64,000 nucleotides of DNA, from contig CAWGVG010000006.1 of the NCBI GenBank assembly GCA_963825865.1, positions 25,001-89,000 on the forward strand, in the 5' to 3' direction. Made by a program: the position numbers and the translations under genes. Positions 23,115 through 32,957 of the stretch are shown piece by piece (positions within the stretch are counted from its first letter, which is position 1; every line of letters begins with the position of its first letter). This stretch comes from an uncultured Nitrososphaeraceae archaeon (GTDB taxonomy: Archaea > Thermoproteota > Nitrososphaeria > Nitrososphaerales > Nitrososphaeraceae). The notes beneath the pieces are model-generated. The model did no database searches, was not told the DNA's origin, and saw only the letters and a program-made list of their open reading frames with translations.

Positions 23115-24171
23115 TTAACGAGTCATACGTCGTAATCGTGCTACAAAAAGTGTAAAAGTTAGATAATCTGCAAGCAGTGTAACATATTCCTTTGAATAAG
23201 GAAACCTTTCCATATACGCACGTTTTTCAAATGGTGCATCAAAATAGAGGTTTTTGAATTTGCTGAACTCCTCATCGCAATTCTGATACTCCATGAATTG
23301 CTTAGAATCAATTTCTATAGCAGGGTTATTTTGAAACCACTTCATTACAATATTGATTTGATTATGTAATTCTTTACTCTCACTCTCATTTAGAGAAGGC
23401 AATATTTCATTACGTTCTCTCTCTAAAACAGAGAATCTTTTGATCCATTCCCTCGTTATATCTCGCCATTTCTCAAAGCGTGAATTTATATACTCTCTTT
23501 CGCTAACTGAAAGCCCACTTTCTTCCAATCTTATTACAGACTCTAAGATTTCGATGCCATAGTAATGTCCATAGGTTCCTAGAACACGATGAATAATCGT
23601 GAGGGCATCCTGTAATTTTGAAATCTGTCCAGCATCATCATTCTCATGGATATAATTACCAACAGTTTGTAGCAAAATATAGCATATTATCGAAATAAAA
23701 TAGCATGTCTATGTCTTCTGATGTAATATTGCTAAATCTTGATTTCCAAGAATTAGTTAGATCGGCTATCCTACTTTTACTATCCTCTAATCTTTTAAGT
23801 GTGTCATTAATATTGTTATTTCTCTTTCTAAAAAATATTACCTCATTGATCAAACTATAAAACTCATTCCACATTACTGAGGATTCTTTTATTGATTCTA
23901 ACTGTCTCTCTTTTCGATCTTCTTCTCTTTTTTCAATAATTTTAAAACGTCTTTCTAGTAGGAACAAAAATATAGGAAAAAGGAGACCGGCTGTTAATCC
24001 TTTGAATATATCCGATTCAAAGTATTCCCATACTTGTGTTATAGGCGGTATAGAAGGGTGAGCTTGTTGATAGACAATAAACAATAAGGAGTTCATGGCC
24101 ACAATCAAAACTAAAGGTAAGTAAATCCATAAAATAACAGCAGATGATCGTGAAAGAGTTAACAGAACCAA
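23115..24171 (-). CDS. Membrane-anchored hypothetical protein (two overlapping ORFs, possibly one frameshifted gene)
   Basis: 23656-24171 has 2 TM helices; overlaps 23115-23675 by 20 nt. Confidence 0.55.
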
Positions 24172-24832
24172 CTAGAACAATCATTCTTTCATCAAGGCAT
24201 TATTTATCTTTGATTAAGTTATCACATATTGATAAGTATAAGATATGATGACCTATTACAAAAATGGAATGTAATGTATACGTGTCAAGATTAAACAGAG
24301 GTCTAAACGTAATTGGATCGTGGACCTCCTCAAAAATTATATCTTCATCTTCTTTAATTGTTTCCGGTGTTGTCGTGTTACTATCGATATTAGTATTATT
24401 ATGACAAGCTAAAAATTTTGCTATCATTCAATGTTAAAAAATAATGGAAGAGGTGATGGTTGATGCCCTGGACCGCTACCTCGATTTAGTTTAGCAGGGA
24501 TGGCCGTTGAAAGAGCATTGCTCCACATGCTTATCGTGTTCACTTACTGTCGCATGTTGTTCGTTAAACTGGAAGGTAATTGTGTTACCTTTACCCCCCC
24601 CTGAAGGCAAATGCTGGTAGAGAAGGGGTATGCGATTATACTAGATTCTAGCATGGTTAGGAATCATGATTCCAAAGCACACCAAATTCAAAGAAAACAT
24701 GACCCTCCCCTACTTCCAAATTTTCGTAAGCAAGAATATTACAAAAAGAGGTTACAAAATAGCGATTCCTATAAATGAAATCTACCCTATTTCATTCATT
24801 CATTCATTAATAATTAATTAATGAATTCTATT

Positions 24833-25345
24833 CTATTCTATTCTATTCGTAGCAAGACCAGTAGAATATGGCTCTTCCTTAGTATTGGTAGTCTTATGGA
24901 CTGCTCCTGTTCTTAGGTTTGATTCTTTACGTCTACGGTCAAAATACAACCTCCTCGCAAACTGTTGCAATTGAATCGCATATTGCTCGATTCTAGTGAT
25001 ATCATTGATATTCTGACATCTCTTATCATCTGTCATATACTCATACAGTTTATCAAATGGTGCTAACAATTCATCCAAAGTTTCTACTTGGGTAGCAGCA
25101 GTAATGTCATTATTATTGCTATTGCTGTGATATTGTATATTAATCGGATTAATAGGGTTATCTATATCTTCATTTCTTTGAACATACTCTTTTACCAAAT
25201 TGACAACCAATTGGCTAAAGCTGGTAGATATGCCTTCTTGTTTCTTTGCTATTTGCTCAGCCTTGATTAAGGTTTCTTTCTCAGATATTGGGCAGCTAAA
25301 TGACTTTGGAAAATGTAGATTGTCGGTAGTCCGTCCACCTGTCAT
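24833..25345 (-). CDS. Protein with N-terminal RHH-like motif, coupled to the topoisomerase gene
   Basis: KSFSCP...AEQIAKK...SFSQLVVNLVKEYV; 4-nt overlap. Confidence 0.6.
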   Translation of the reverse strand: MTGGRTTDNLHFPKSFSCPISEKETLIKAEQIAKKQEGISTSFSQLVVNLVKEYVQRNEDIDNPINPINIQYHSNSNNNDITAATQVETLDELLAPFDKLYEYMTDDKRCQNINDITRIEQYAIQLQQFARRLYFDRRRKESNLRTGAVHKTTNTKEEPYSTGLATNRIE

Positions 25346-26409
25346 TTCTTATATGGGCCACCACGACTGTTGTCTTTGCTGTCTTTTACATCATCATCGT
25401 AAATCTCTTTCTTAACCATATCTTCAAGCTTTGCGCCAATATCTTTCAGGTGCGGATCGTTTTCTACAATCTTCCCAAGTCTATTAAGAATCTCTTTTGT
25501 CTTATCTGCGACATTGATAAAGCCTTTGACATTTTCAAGTTCAGACTTTATCTTTCGTTGCTCTTCAGCCATGAGTGAAGCGACATGCCTGTCAATGTAA
25601 CTATTAAAGGTCCGTATCGCATTGGGATGGTATAATGATAAATCTGGCGAGGATGATATGACACGATTATAATTCCTTTTAGGAAATAATTTAACCAGTT
25701 TATGCATTATATATTCCCATAGCCTTTCGCTGCCAACTGCTGCAAGGACGGCATCTATCTCTACTCTGCTATGTTCTAGAAATTCGATGTCGATATCATT
25801 AAACCTTGAATCGTCTCCATACTCCACTAATTTTCTAACAGGATTTATCTCCTGTGGGAGTGGATGATAAGATACTGCTATTTGTTTATCGTATTTAGAT
25901 AAACCGAAATACTCTAGCATTTCGTCATCAACTCCTAGCCTCGGTATCACTTCTGGAACTTCTGAAGCTATTTTTATTCCACTTGCATCATAATCAGTGA
26001 AGATTGCAACGTGTGCACCTGACTCATTTGATGCTTCAATCAAGTCTTTACCATATTCTGTCAAATGGCCTATTGTGTTAACCAATGCTACGCCATATTT
26101 ATCAGCGTAATCAGTAAGCACTTCAACTATATCCAATTTTTCGATAAAGATAACATCAGTTCCATCTGATGCAAGTGCATTTACGTTATCAAAACTAACA
26201 CTAGTCCATATACCATTATAATACATTGCAGCCCTTGGCGATGCTATTATTCCAAGTGATTCACGTGCTACGCCTAGTTCTTTGCATATGACATTGATTA
26301 ACCTTGTAACATATTTTCTAGTCACCTTAATGCCATACTTCTCCATTATAGGAATAAACAGATACCAGACTGTTGACTGAGTCCATCTGTCTATAGGAGT
26401 AGCGCTCAT
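25342..26409 (-). CDS. Topo VI-A/Spo11-like subunit (WHD + Toprim)
   Basis: WTQSTVWY (candidate catalytic Tyr), RESLGIIA, IFIEK, GVALV..GH, FTDYDASG, RLG, RVEIDAV. Confidence 0.85.
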   Translation of the reverse strand: MSATPIDRWTQSTVWYLFIPIMEKYGIKVTRKYVTRLINVICKELGVARESLGIIASPRAAMYYNGIWTSVSFDNVNALASDGTDVIFIEKLDIVEVLTDYADKYGVALVNTIGHLTEYGKDLIEASNESGAHVAIFTDYDASGIKIASEVPEVIPRLGVDDEMLEYFGLSKYDKQIAVSYHPLPQEINPVRKLVEYGDDSRFNDIDIEFLEHSRVEIDAVLAAVGSERLWEYIMHKLVKLFPKRNYNRVISSSPDLSLYHPNAIRTFNSYIDRHVASLMAEEQRKIKSELENVKGFINVADKTKEILNRLGKIVENDPHLKDIGAKLEDMVKKEIYDDDVKDSKDNSRGGPYKK

Positions 26410-27440
26410 TCTATGTCGTCTCCTCCTCCTACTACTTCTACTGCCTTCTTCCGTGCCTTGATAAATTCTGTCAACGCTTCTTTGGCTGACTTTTTCCTAT
26501 CCTCTGGAGCAGTGAATGAACGATGTCTATCATCGGTGCTAAATACATAACCTGCCGCTCGAAATGTCTGTATACCTTCAGCCATCTTCTTTGCAGCCTC
26601 TATGATAACAGATGAAAAAGGTTGTGTGTCAATGCGTGATTTGTCATGTCCGTGGTAATCAATCCTTGGAGATACTAGGTTTGCAACTATAATACATGGC
26701 AGTTTTGTTTTTGCATCCTGATATGCATAGAATCTAAATCCGTAAGCCTGTAGGATATCTACGATGCTGTTGGAGTGAAGACCGTAATCACCATGACTCT
26801 TTTTGGTATCTTGCCATTGATAATCACCGTCAAATTGATTTCCCCTTGGAGAGAATGAATAATTGACACTACCATGGAATTTGGTTCCTATGTCTCTATG
26901 AAGTGCAATGGTGTCGTCATTTAATGGAATGGCTATAATCTCAAAGACAAATGGATACTGCAACAACATGCCGGTGCCTTTCTTATAGGGATAAGTTGTA
27001 CTACCATCGTGACTCCAAACTTTCTTTAAGTCCTTGTCGTTATAGCATCCATGAATTTCTTTGTAGACTGCATTCTTAGTATCCAGAATAATAATACCAT
27101 TTTGAAGATAAAGCTGTTCTATTCTCTTGACTAACGCATACTTTCTTTGTTCAGATTTAATGTTAGCATATGGCAGAGATATCTTCTTCGGTGCGTCTAA
27201 AACATTTTTTAATCCATAATAGAGTGCTTCTATTTTCTTATCCTTATCTTGATCTAAGATTAATTCGGCAACAGATATTTGATTATCAGGACCTTTCTTC
27301 ATGCTACTTCCTTCTCTGAATGTCCGTAACACATCGTAGACTAAGGTTGATTCTTTATCGTGTACACTTGTAATAGCGCTAACGAATTCTTCAGGTTTGT
27401 AGGAATGTATACTTGCTAATTTTGCAATTGACAGTATCAT
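26406..27440 (-). pseudogene. Topo VI-B/Topo VIII-like transducer region, lacking the GHKL N-terminus
   Basis: SIHSY..EEF, YPFVFE, VNYS, ANLVSPRIDYHGHDKSRID.QPF align to 45882-47414. Confidence 0.75.
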
Positions 27441-27460
27441 TTGTTATAAGGATTCTTCAC

Positions 27461-27481
27461 AATTGGACATGTTGTCCGATT
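27461..27481. promoter_or_regulatory. Palindromic site AATTGGACA-N3-TGTCCGATT
   Basis: Related copies at 27557-27577 and 32916-32936. Confidence 0.55.
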
Positions 27482-27955
27482 ACATACATACTTTATAATC
27501 CACGTTTATCTCTGCATTATAGTGTGCTAGGGTATTGGGTGGTTTGCATTTAGCCAAATTGGCCATTTTGGCCGATTCAGTAGTTCTTGGTTTGAAAATA
27601 TAACTTTACCAAAATTAGGAACATTATGTGGGAAACATAAAAACAAATAAAGTTTTACTTTTAAAAACGGGTAAGAGAGAGACCTCGCTAATCTATCAAC
27701 GGATCAATATCATACTTGGTCTTTAGATCTGCACCTTTTCTAGTTATATGCATCGCACAGTAACCTTTCTCTATCCACTTTAGAATACCTGTAGCAACCT
27801 TTTCTTCCTGTTATCATAGTGCATCTATGAGAATCCGAGTCTGAGATGAGTCCTATTTAATTAAATAGTTTTTCAATGCGAGAATGTCATAACATCAGAT
27901 TGTATATACTTTTGATTATGATCAGGATTTTGACAAACTAAGCAATCAAGAACGA

Positions 27956-28159
27956 ATGAAAATAGCTATTACATGGGTCAGAGCTTATAGATACTATAAT
28001 TGTGAGCCTACTATTAATAATACTAAAGATATAGCAAGCATGTGGGCTCAAAGCATGTTAATGAATGATATGCGAATAAAGGGATTTTCAGATGAGGAAA
28101 TAAAATATGCAATTGAGCGTGTTTATAATCGCAAGAGAGGTAAAAAATACAGAAACTAA
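27956..28159 (+). CDS. Small hypothetical protein
   Basis: 67-aa ORF. Confidence 0.45.
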   Translation: MKIAITWVRAYRYYNCEPTINNTKDIASMWAQSMLMNDMRIKGFSDEEIKYAIERVYNRKRGKKYRN

Positions 28160-28420
28160 TTTGAGTAATTGCTTATTTATTCTTCCGATCAGAATAATTT
28201 TAAGATCTCTGACTTATGCTTATTGGAAAGAAAGACCCTGAAAGCAAAAAGATCTGAGAGATAAGGTAAAAGATGACGCTATAGCACATTTATCAGATCA
28301 ACTTTTAGCTCTGTCTACAAGGTTACAAGAACTTGAAAGAAAGGCAGGCAGCTAATACAATAACAATAAAAATGACAACAAAAGAAAAGTTACCTGATTA
28401 TATTGAGCGAAATTACTGCT

Positions 28421-29815
28421 TTATCTAAGGTCTTTCGCAGATGCTTTGTCTTTTGATTTTCGAAGTAAATTGGGGTCTATCATCGATATCTCTCTTAATG
28501 CCTCGTTAATATACTCCCGAACGTTAGATGGTTCAGAAGCTATGGTGAATAGATTATCATTTTGAATTTCATTGTATACTTGTTTGCTGATATTGTCTAT
28601 CTTGTTGGTCACGATGTCTTGCGCCTTCGCATGACCTAAGGAATTTAAAATATCGTAGTCTTTTTGGGGTGATTTTGCAATGATCCTTCGTAGGGAAGAA
28701 TCTGTTGCTATGTAAAGCCCTGCCGAGTCCAAACCAAATATCAAAGAGTATGAGCCTATTATCAAAAAACTCATTGATAAAACACCCCATGGAGGATAGG
28801 GAGTCATTATTATTAGCGAAGAAGCATTTGCGCCAAACAGAAGAATTAAACCTATCCCAGCCATCACTATAGATTTCTTTAGTTGAATATGCGCAATGTT
28901 TCTAGAAAGTACGGCAAATGCAATACCAAACATTATCCCTCCTGCGGTTCTAACTGTGTTTAAGAAAAAGTTGTAGATGTAGGCATACATCGGATTGTCC
29001 TCAACTCCTAACACTCCAAGTAGATCTAGATGTTCTAGAAATGGTATTGTGTATAGGCTTGCAAAGTATACAAGGGGAATGCTTACTATGGTCCAATATT
29101 TTATCCGCCTAGACTTTGAAGCATAATGATATGTCAAAAATACTGTAGCGATCCACAAACTTACAAATGATATGATCCCTATCAATTGGTATGCAGAAAA
29201 TAGATCAGGCGATATTGTTGGAGAGTACGAATTCCATGGACTATATTCAGATGTTATGTAATCTGGTTTTCCTTGAAGGAAGTTGTCAACGTATATGAAG
29301 GTGATAATGCCACTCAATGATAGAACTGCAATAGATATAGAGTAAGCCAGTACAACTTTACTAGGTGAGATCCTGTATGTACGTACTAATCTTGACGAAA
29401 GAATTGCCAATAACACACTGGAGGTAATTAGATTTATCCCTACTACTGTTTCTAACAGATCGACGCTATATTTTGAAGTGAAAATAACCTGGAACAGAAT
29501 TATGACCAGAATGCCAGACGCAGAATATTGGAGTAAGTTCGAGATTACAAGAACACTCTTTCCAAGCCTAGATTTAGATCTTTCTACCTTTATCGATTCC
29601 TTTGTCTTTTTGATCAACATGAATTGTATCATGATGGAAATTAGAACCATTAAACCGAAGACAAATAGGTCAGCCTGTGGAAATATACTGCCAAGAGATA
29701 TCGTAAATGTATTACCAAAGGTTTTATCTAATACCTGAAGGATAACAGCGATAATTGCTACGATTACAATTAAGAAACTATTACGTATGCTACGAGCATG
29801 AAACGGACGTTTCAT
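28421..29815 (-). CDS. Polytopic membrane protein
   Basis: 464 aa, about 10 TM helices, soluble C-tail (D..LR..I...LG.A). Confidence 0.8.
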   Translation of the reverse strand: MKRPFHARSIRNSFLIVIVAIIAVILQVLDKTFGNTFTISLGSIFPQADLFVFGLMVLISIMIQFMLIKKTKESIKVERSKSRLGKSVLVISNLLQYSASGILVIILFQVIFTSKYSVDLLETVVGINLITSSVLLAILSSRLVRTYRISPSKVVLAYSISIAVLSLSGIITFIYVDNFLQGKPDYITSEYSPWNSYSPTISPDLFSAYQLIGIISFVSLWIATVFLTYHYASKSRRIKYWTIVSIPLVYFASLYTIPFLEHLDLLGVLGVEDNPMYAYIYNFFLNTVRTAGGIMFGIAFAVLSRNIAHIQLKKSIVMAGIGLILLFGANASSLIIMTPYPPWGVLSMSFLIIGSYSLIFGLDSAGLYIATDSSLRRIIAKSPQKDYDILNSLGHAKAQDIVTNKIDNISKQVYNEIQNDNLFTIASEPSNVREYINEALREISMIDPNLLRKSKDKASAKDLR

Positions 29816-30282
29816 TTCACCTGACCCTCGATAATAGATCTCTATGGGAAAACCCCATTTGCTAGTGACGAATGTATTAAGGGTGATATATCATTATCGG
29901 GTTTATAAAAACCTCTTCAATATCATAAGTCAGTTTATGCAGTTGTAGGCTAGCATCCCAACGACAATTCCTTGTTATGTGTTCTAGTCAATCTAGACAT
30001 AAGATGTTCCTACAAAGAAACATTTAGTAACACTAATTACAATAAAGGATGAAATCATTTTTTCAATTAATTGCTAATTCCGTCTGTAAACTTCTGCAAT
30101 GCTGTAAAATGAGATATACGTTACGTTGCTACGGATAATAATAAGTAATGTACACCGATTAACCACCTGACAAACATTCTATAACTCTAACAGTATTAAT
30201 ACAATGGTTTCTATAGAGCAATCATATTCCTTGCCTTTAAATCCTTAATAATGGGCCGATTCATAATAGAAGGCCATATAAA

Positions 30283-30909
30283 TTGAAAGATGCCTTGATT
30301 TCGGTTTGTCTGATTATAATCATTTCATTAATAATTTTGACGCCATCTTACATTAATGCTTCTAGTAATGCTCCAGTGCTCTTCCGAAAGGGTTCTTCAC
30401 CTTATGGGACACCTTATTTAGAGTGGCTCAAGAACTGGTGGCAGTGGTGGATAAGCATCCCAAATAATGAGCATCCATTTCCAAACTATGATTCCAAGAC
30501 ATGCTCAGTTCATCAGCAAGGCCCAGTATGGTTTCTACCTGACGTTGAGCCACAAGGTCAACTAACACATGCCTCAGTGAAGTATTCATGTGAAATTCCA
30601 AAAGGTAAGGCAATATTCTTTCCTCTCTCACAGTCCTCCTGCTGGTTAGGTAACCCAGAATTTAAGAAATATAGTAACAAGTTGGCACCTAACCCTCAGG
30701 CCGATCAAGAGCTTAAAACATGCGCTGTTTCACCCCAGGATTTTAGTCATTCGGTCGTTCGTCTAGATGGAATAGATTTAGATCCAACTAAATTAGATAG
30801 GGTTACAACAAGTTTTTACAATGTAACAGTACCACCCAACGCTGTTAAAGATCTCTTTGACTTTGGACCTCCTGGCACATCTAGAGGAATAGCTGATGGA
30901 TATGTATGA
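30283..30909 (+). pseudogene. Secreted protein, probably C-terminally truncated
   Basis: Signal peptide; PYG.PY.EW...WWQW..SIP, QGPVWFL, CEIP.GKAIFFP; stops abruptly at ADGYV. Confidence 0.65.
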
Positions 30910-31206
30910 CTCTTTGATTTATAGCATCCTGCACACCCGCAACAATGTTCAACCTGGTTATAATCCATTCCTGCTTCTGTAAACATTTTTTTGAATTCTT
31001 TAATTGAGATCTCATCTAGATAAAGCAATTTCAAAAGACGATGGCATTCTTTAGCGTTCCAATAAGAAGGAGGCAGCAAAACATCGAGTCTTCTCTAACT
31101 TCTCTAACATAGCATTATCTGCATCAGAACCGTAAGCCTTCCACATATTGCAATATTCGCAGTCTTTAGAGTCTTTGAACTTCTTCATTGTTTTTTGTTT
31201 TGACAT
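30905..31206 (-). pseudogene. Small Cys-rich protein, frameshifted
   Basis: MSKQKT..CEYC.. / ..HCCGCAGC. Confidence 0.45.
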
Positions 31207-31226
31207 TTCTTAGATTTCCTTTCTTT

Positions 31227-31589
31227 CTATCTGACTGGTTTGACAAGATACCTGGTGTCCTTATTGCTGCCAATTCGAGAGATTTCTAAGATAGTCTTGC
31301 AGTTCTTTAACTCATCATATATTTTCGATACATGCATTCTACTTACTTCGAATATCTTTTCTTTTCTCTGTTCTGTGTCATTGATGTCTATGACTACGAA
31401 CTGTACTTTCTTTACAGGCTTGCCGTTGAAATCAACTTTGTCTACTACTTTTGTCCTATTTGCAAGAAATTCAAAAACTTTTGTTTCTCCATCTTTGATG
31501 CTGACATAATTTGATTCAATAAAAGATTCGATCTCTTTGTTTTGATAGTATGTTGTTTGTGTTTGTTGTCGATTATTTGATGTTTCCAA
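31227..31589 (-). CDS. Putative single-stranded DNA-binding protein (phage gp32-like)
   Basis: YVSIKDGET start and ISRIGSNKDTRYLV end resemble phage SSB motifs. Confidence 0.55.
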   Translation of the reverse strand: METSNNRQQTQTTYYQNKEIESFIESNYVSIKDGETKVFEFLANRTKVVDKVDFNGKPVKKVQFVVIDINDTEQRKEKIFEVSRMHVSKIYDELKNCKTILEISRIGSNKDTRYLVKPVR

Positions 31590-31731
31590 ATTTTTTATTT
31601 TACCTTAAGATACTCTATGTAATGCCTGGATATATAAATGTATCAAATTGATATTTATGAGCAATATGATATTATATTATCAATAACATATCATTATATA
31701 TTTGTATGAGATTTTAAAGATTAATACATAA

Positions 31732-31926
31732 ATGGCTATACTCCAGACAGCTGCTATTACAGCAGATGATGTTGACATGATAGAATTGAAATTTATATCA
31801 AAAGTAAGCACAATGGGTCCAGATAGGCTGTTCATTCAAATTCCAAAGGAATATTTGAAAACTGCTAAAGGTCTTAAAGGAAAGTATGTGAAAGTCTTCC
31901 TTCAGGAAGTGACGTTGGAAGAGTGA
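31732..31926 (+). CDS. AbrB/MazE-like DNA-binding protein
   Basis: KVSTMG.DRLFIQIPKE...LKGKYVKV. Confidence 0.7.
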   Translation: MAILQTAAITADDVDMIELKFISKVSTMGPDRLFIQIPKEYLKTAKGLKGKYVKVFLQEVTLEE

Positions 31927-32096
31927 GAAGAAATGACTTCAAAATTCAGTTGAACAAACCTCTCTACCTCTCCAGAGGATTATTGAATGCGTCTTCCGTT
32001 GGATGGTGTAGTTTGCCTGGATGTTCTATGTCTATGTGTTTTATGCGTTCTAGATCAGTCGAAAATATTTGTATGCGTTGATAAGAGATTCAATAA

Positions 32097-32795
32097 TCAA
32101 GCAAATTGTATTGAATTTATCACATGTAGTGCTATTGGTAGATATGTCGGAGCATCTAATTGACCCACGTTAAATGCGAACAACATGACCCTTCCATCAT
32201 TAGATGGCATTGAGATATAATAGTCTCTATTATAGAAATTTTTACCACCAAAATAAAGACTGGTAAAACCAGTATATTCCAACTGCCAAGCTGAATTACC
32301 TGATATTGTAATTGCCTTATCTCGGAGATAGGAATCATACTCTATAGTCGCAGTTTGTGGCGTCTGCTGTCGCATGTTATTTATCCTTTCAATAACTAAA
32401 TCATGTGGTGTTTTGATTTTGACTTGCATATCATTTGTATCCAAGAACTTTTCTGGTTCCCTAACGTGTATAGAAAAAGAAGCCTGCTTATCAGGAGAGC
32501 TTATGACTACACTATTGAGTGTTTCATACTCATGCACAGACCAATCACTGGGATATTGTAGTGTATATCCAGATCTATCGCTCTGATATGTTACAAAATC
32601 ACTATCTGCTGTGTTATTTGTAGTAGTTTCCGATGCTGTGTTTTCACTAGGATTATTATTAATATTATCAGAACCTGGAATACCAGGAATTTGTGCATAG
32701 ATATACTGCCGTGGTGCTTGTATTATAATAGCAAACAAAAACAAGAATGTTATTACCATGACGCTAGCAACAAAAATCGTTAATCTGTTAAGCAT
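32097..32795 (-). CDS. PsbP-like secreted protein
   Basis: Signal; FVTY....YTLQYPSDW, ISGNSAWQLEY, YLP....INSIQF. Confidence 0.8.
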   Translation of the reverse strand: MLNRLTIFVASVMVITFLFLFAIIIQAPRQYIYAQIPGIPGSDNINNNPSENTASETTTNNTADSDFVTYQSDRSGYTLQYPSDWSVHEYETLNSVVISSPDKQASFSIHVREPEKFLDTNDMQVKIKTPHDLVIERINNMRQQTPQTATIEYDSYLRDKAITISGNSAWQLEYTGFTSLYFGGKNFYNRDYYISMPSNDGRVMLFAFNVGQLDAPTYLPIALHVINSIQFA

Positions 32796-32915
32796 TCACT
32801 ATTACGGTCATTGTGAATTAAATGTATAAGCGATTTCACAAATTTTTCTGAATTCCCTTTATAGCAAAACGATAAGCTATAAAATCTGTGCAAGAGTTAC
32901 CAAAGATTTTTCATC

Positions 32916-32936
32916 AATTGGACATAATGTCCAATT
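32916..32936. promoter_or_regulatory. Perfect palindrome AATTGGACAT-A-ATGTCCAATT
   Basis: Lies within a ~38-bp direct repeat of 27448-27487. Confidence 0.6.
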
Positions 32937-32957
32937 ACATATTTTATAATTAGTCTT

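Noticed and set aside
25342-26409. Wadjet JetD or housekeeping top6A
   Set aside because: No SMC/kleisin genes nearby; too divergent from canonical top6A and embedded in an integrative element.
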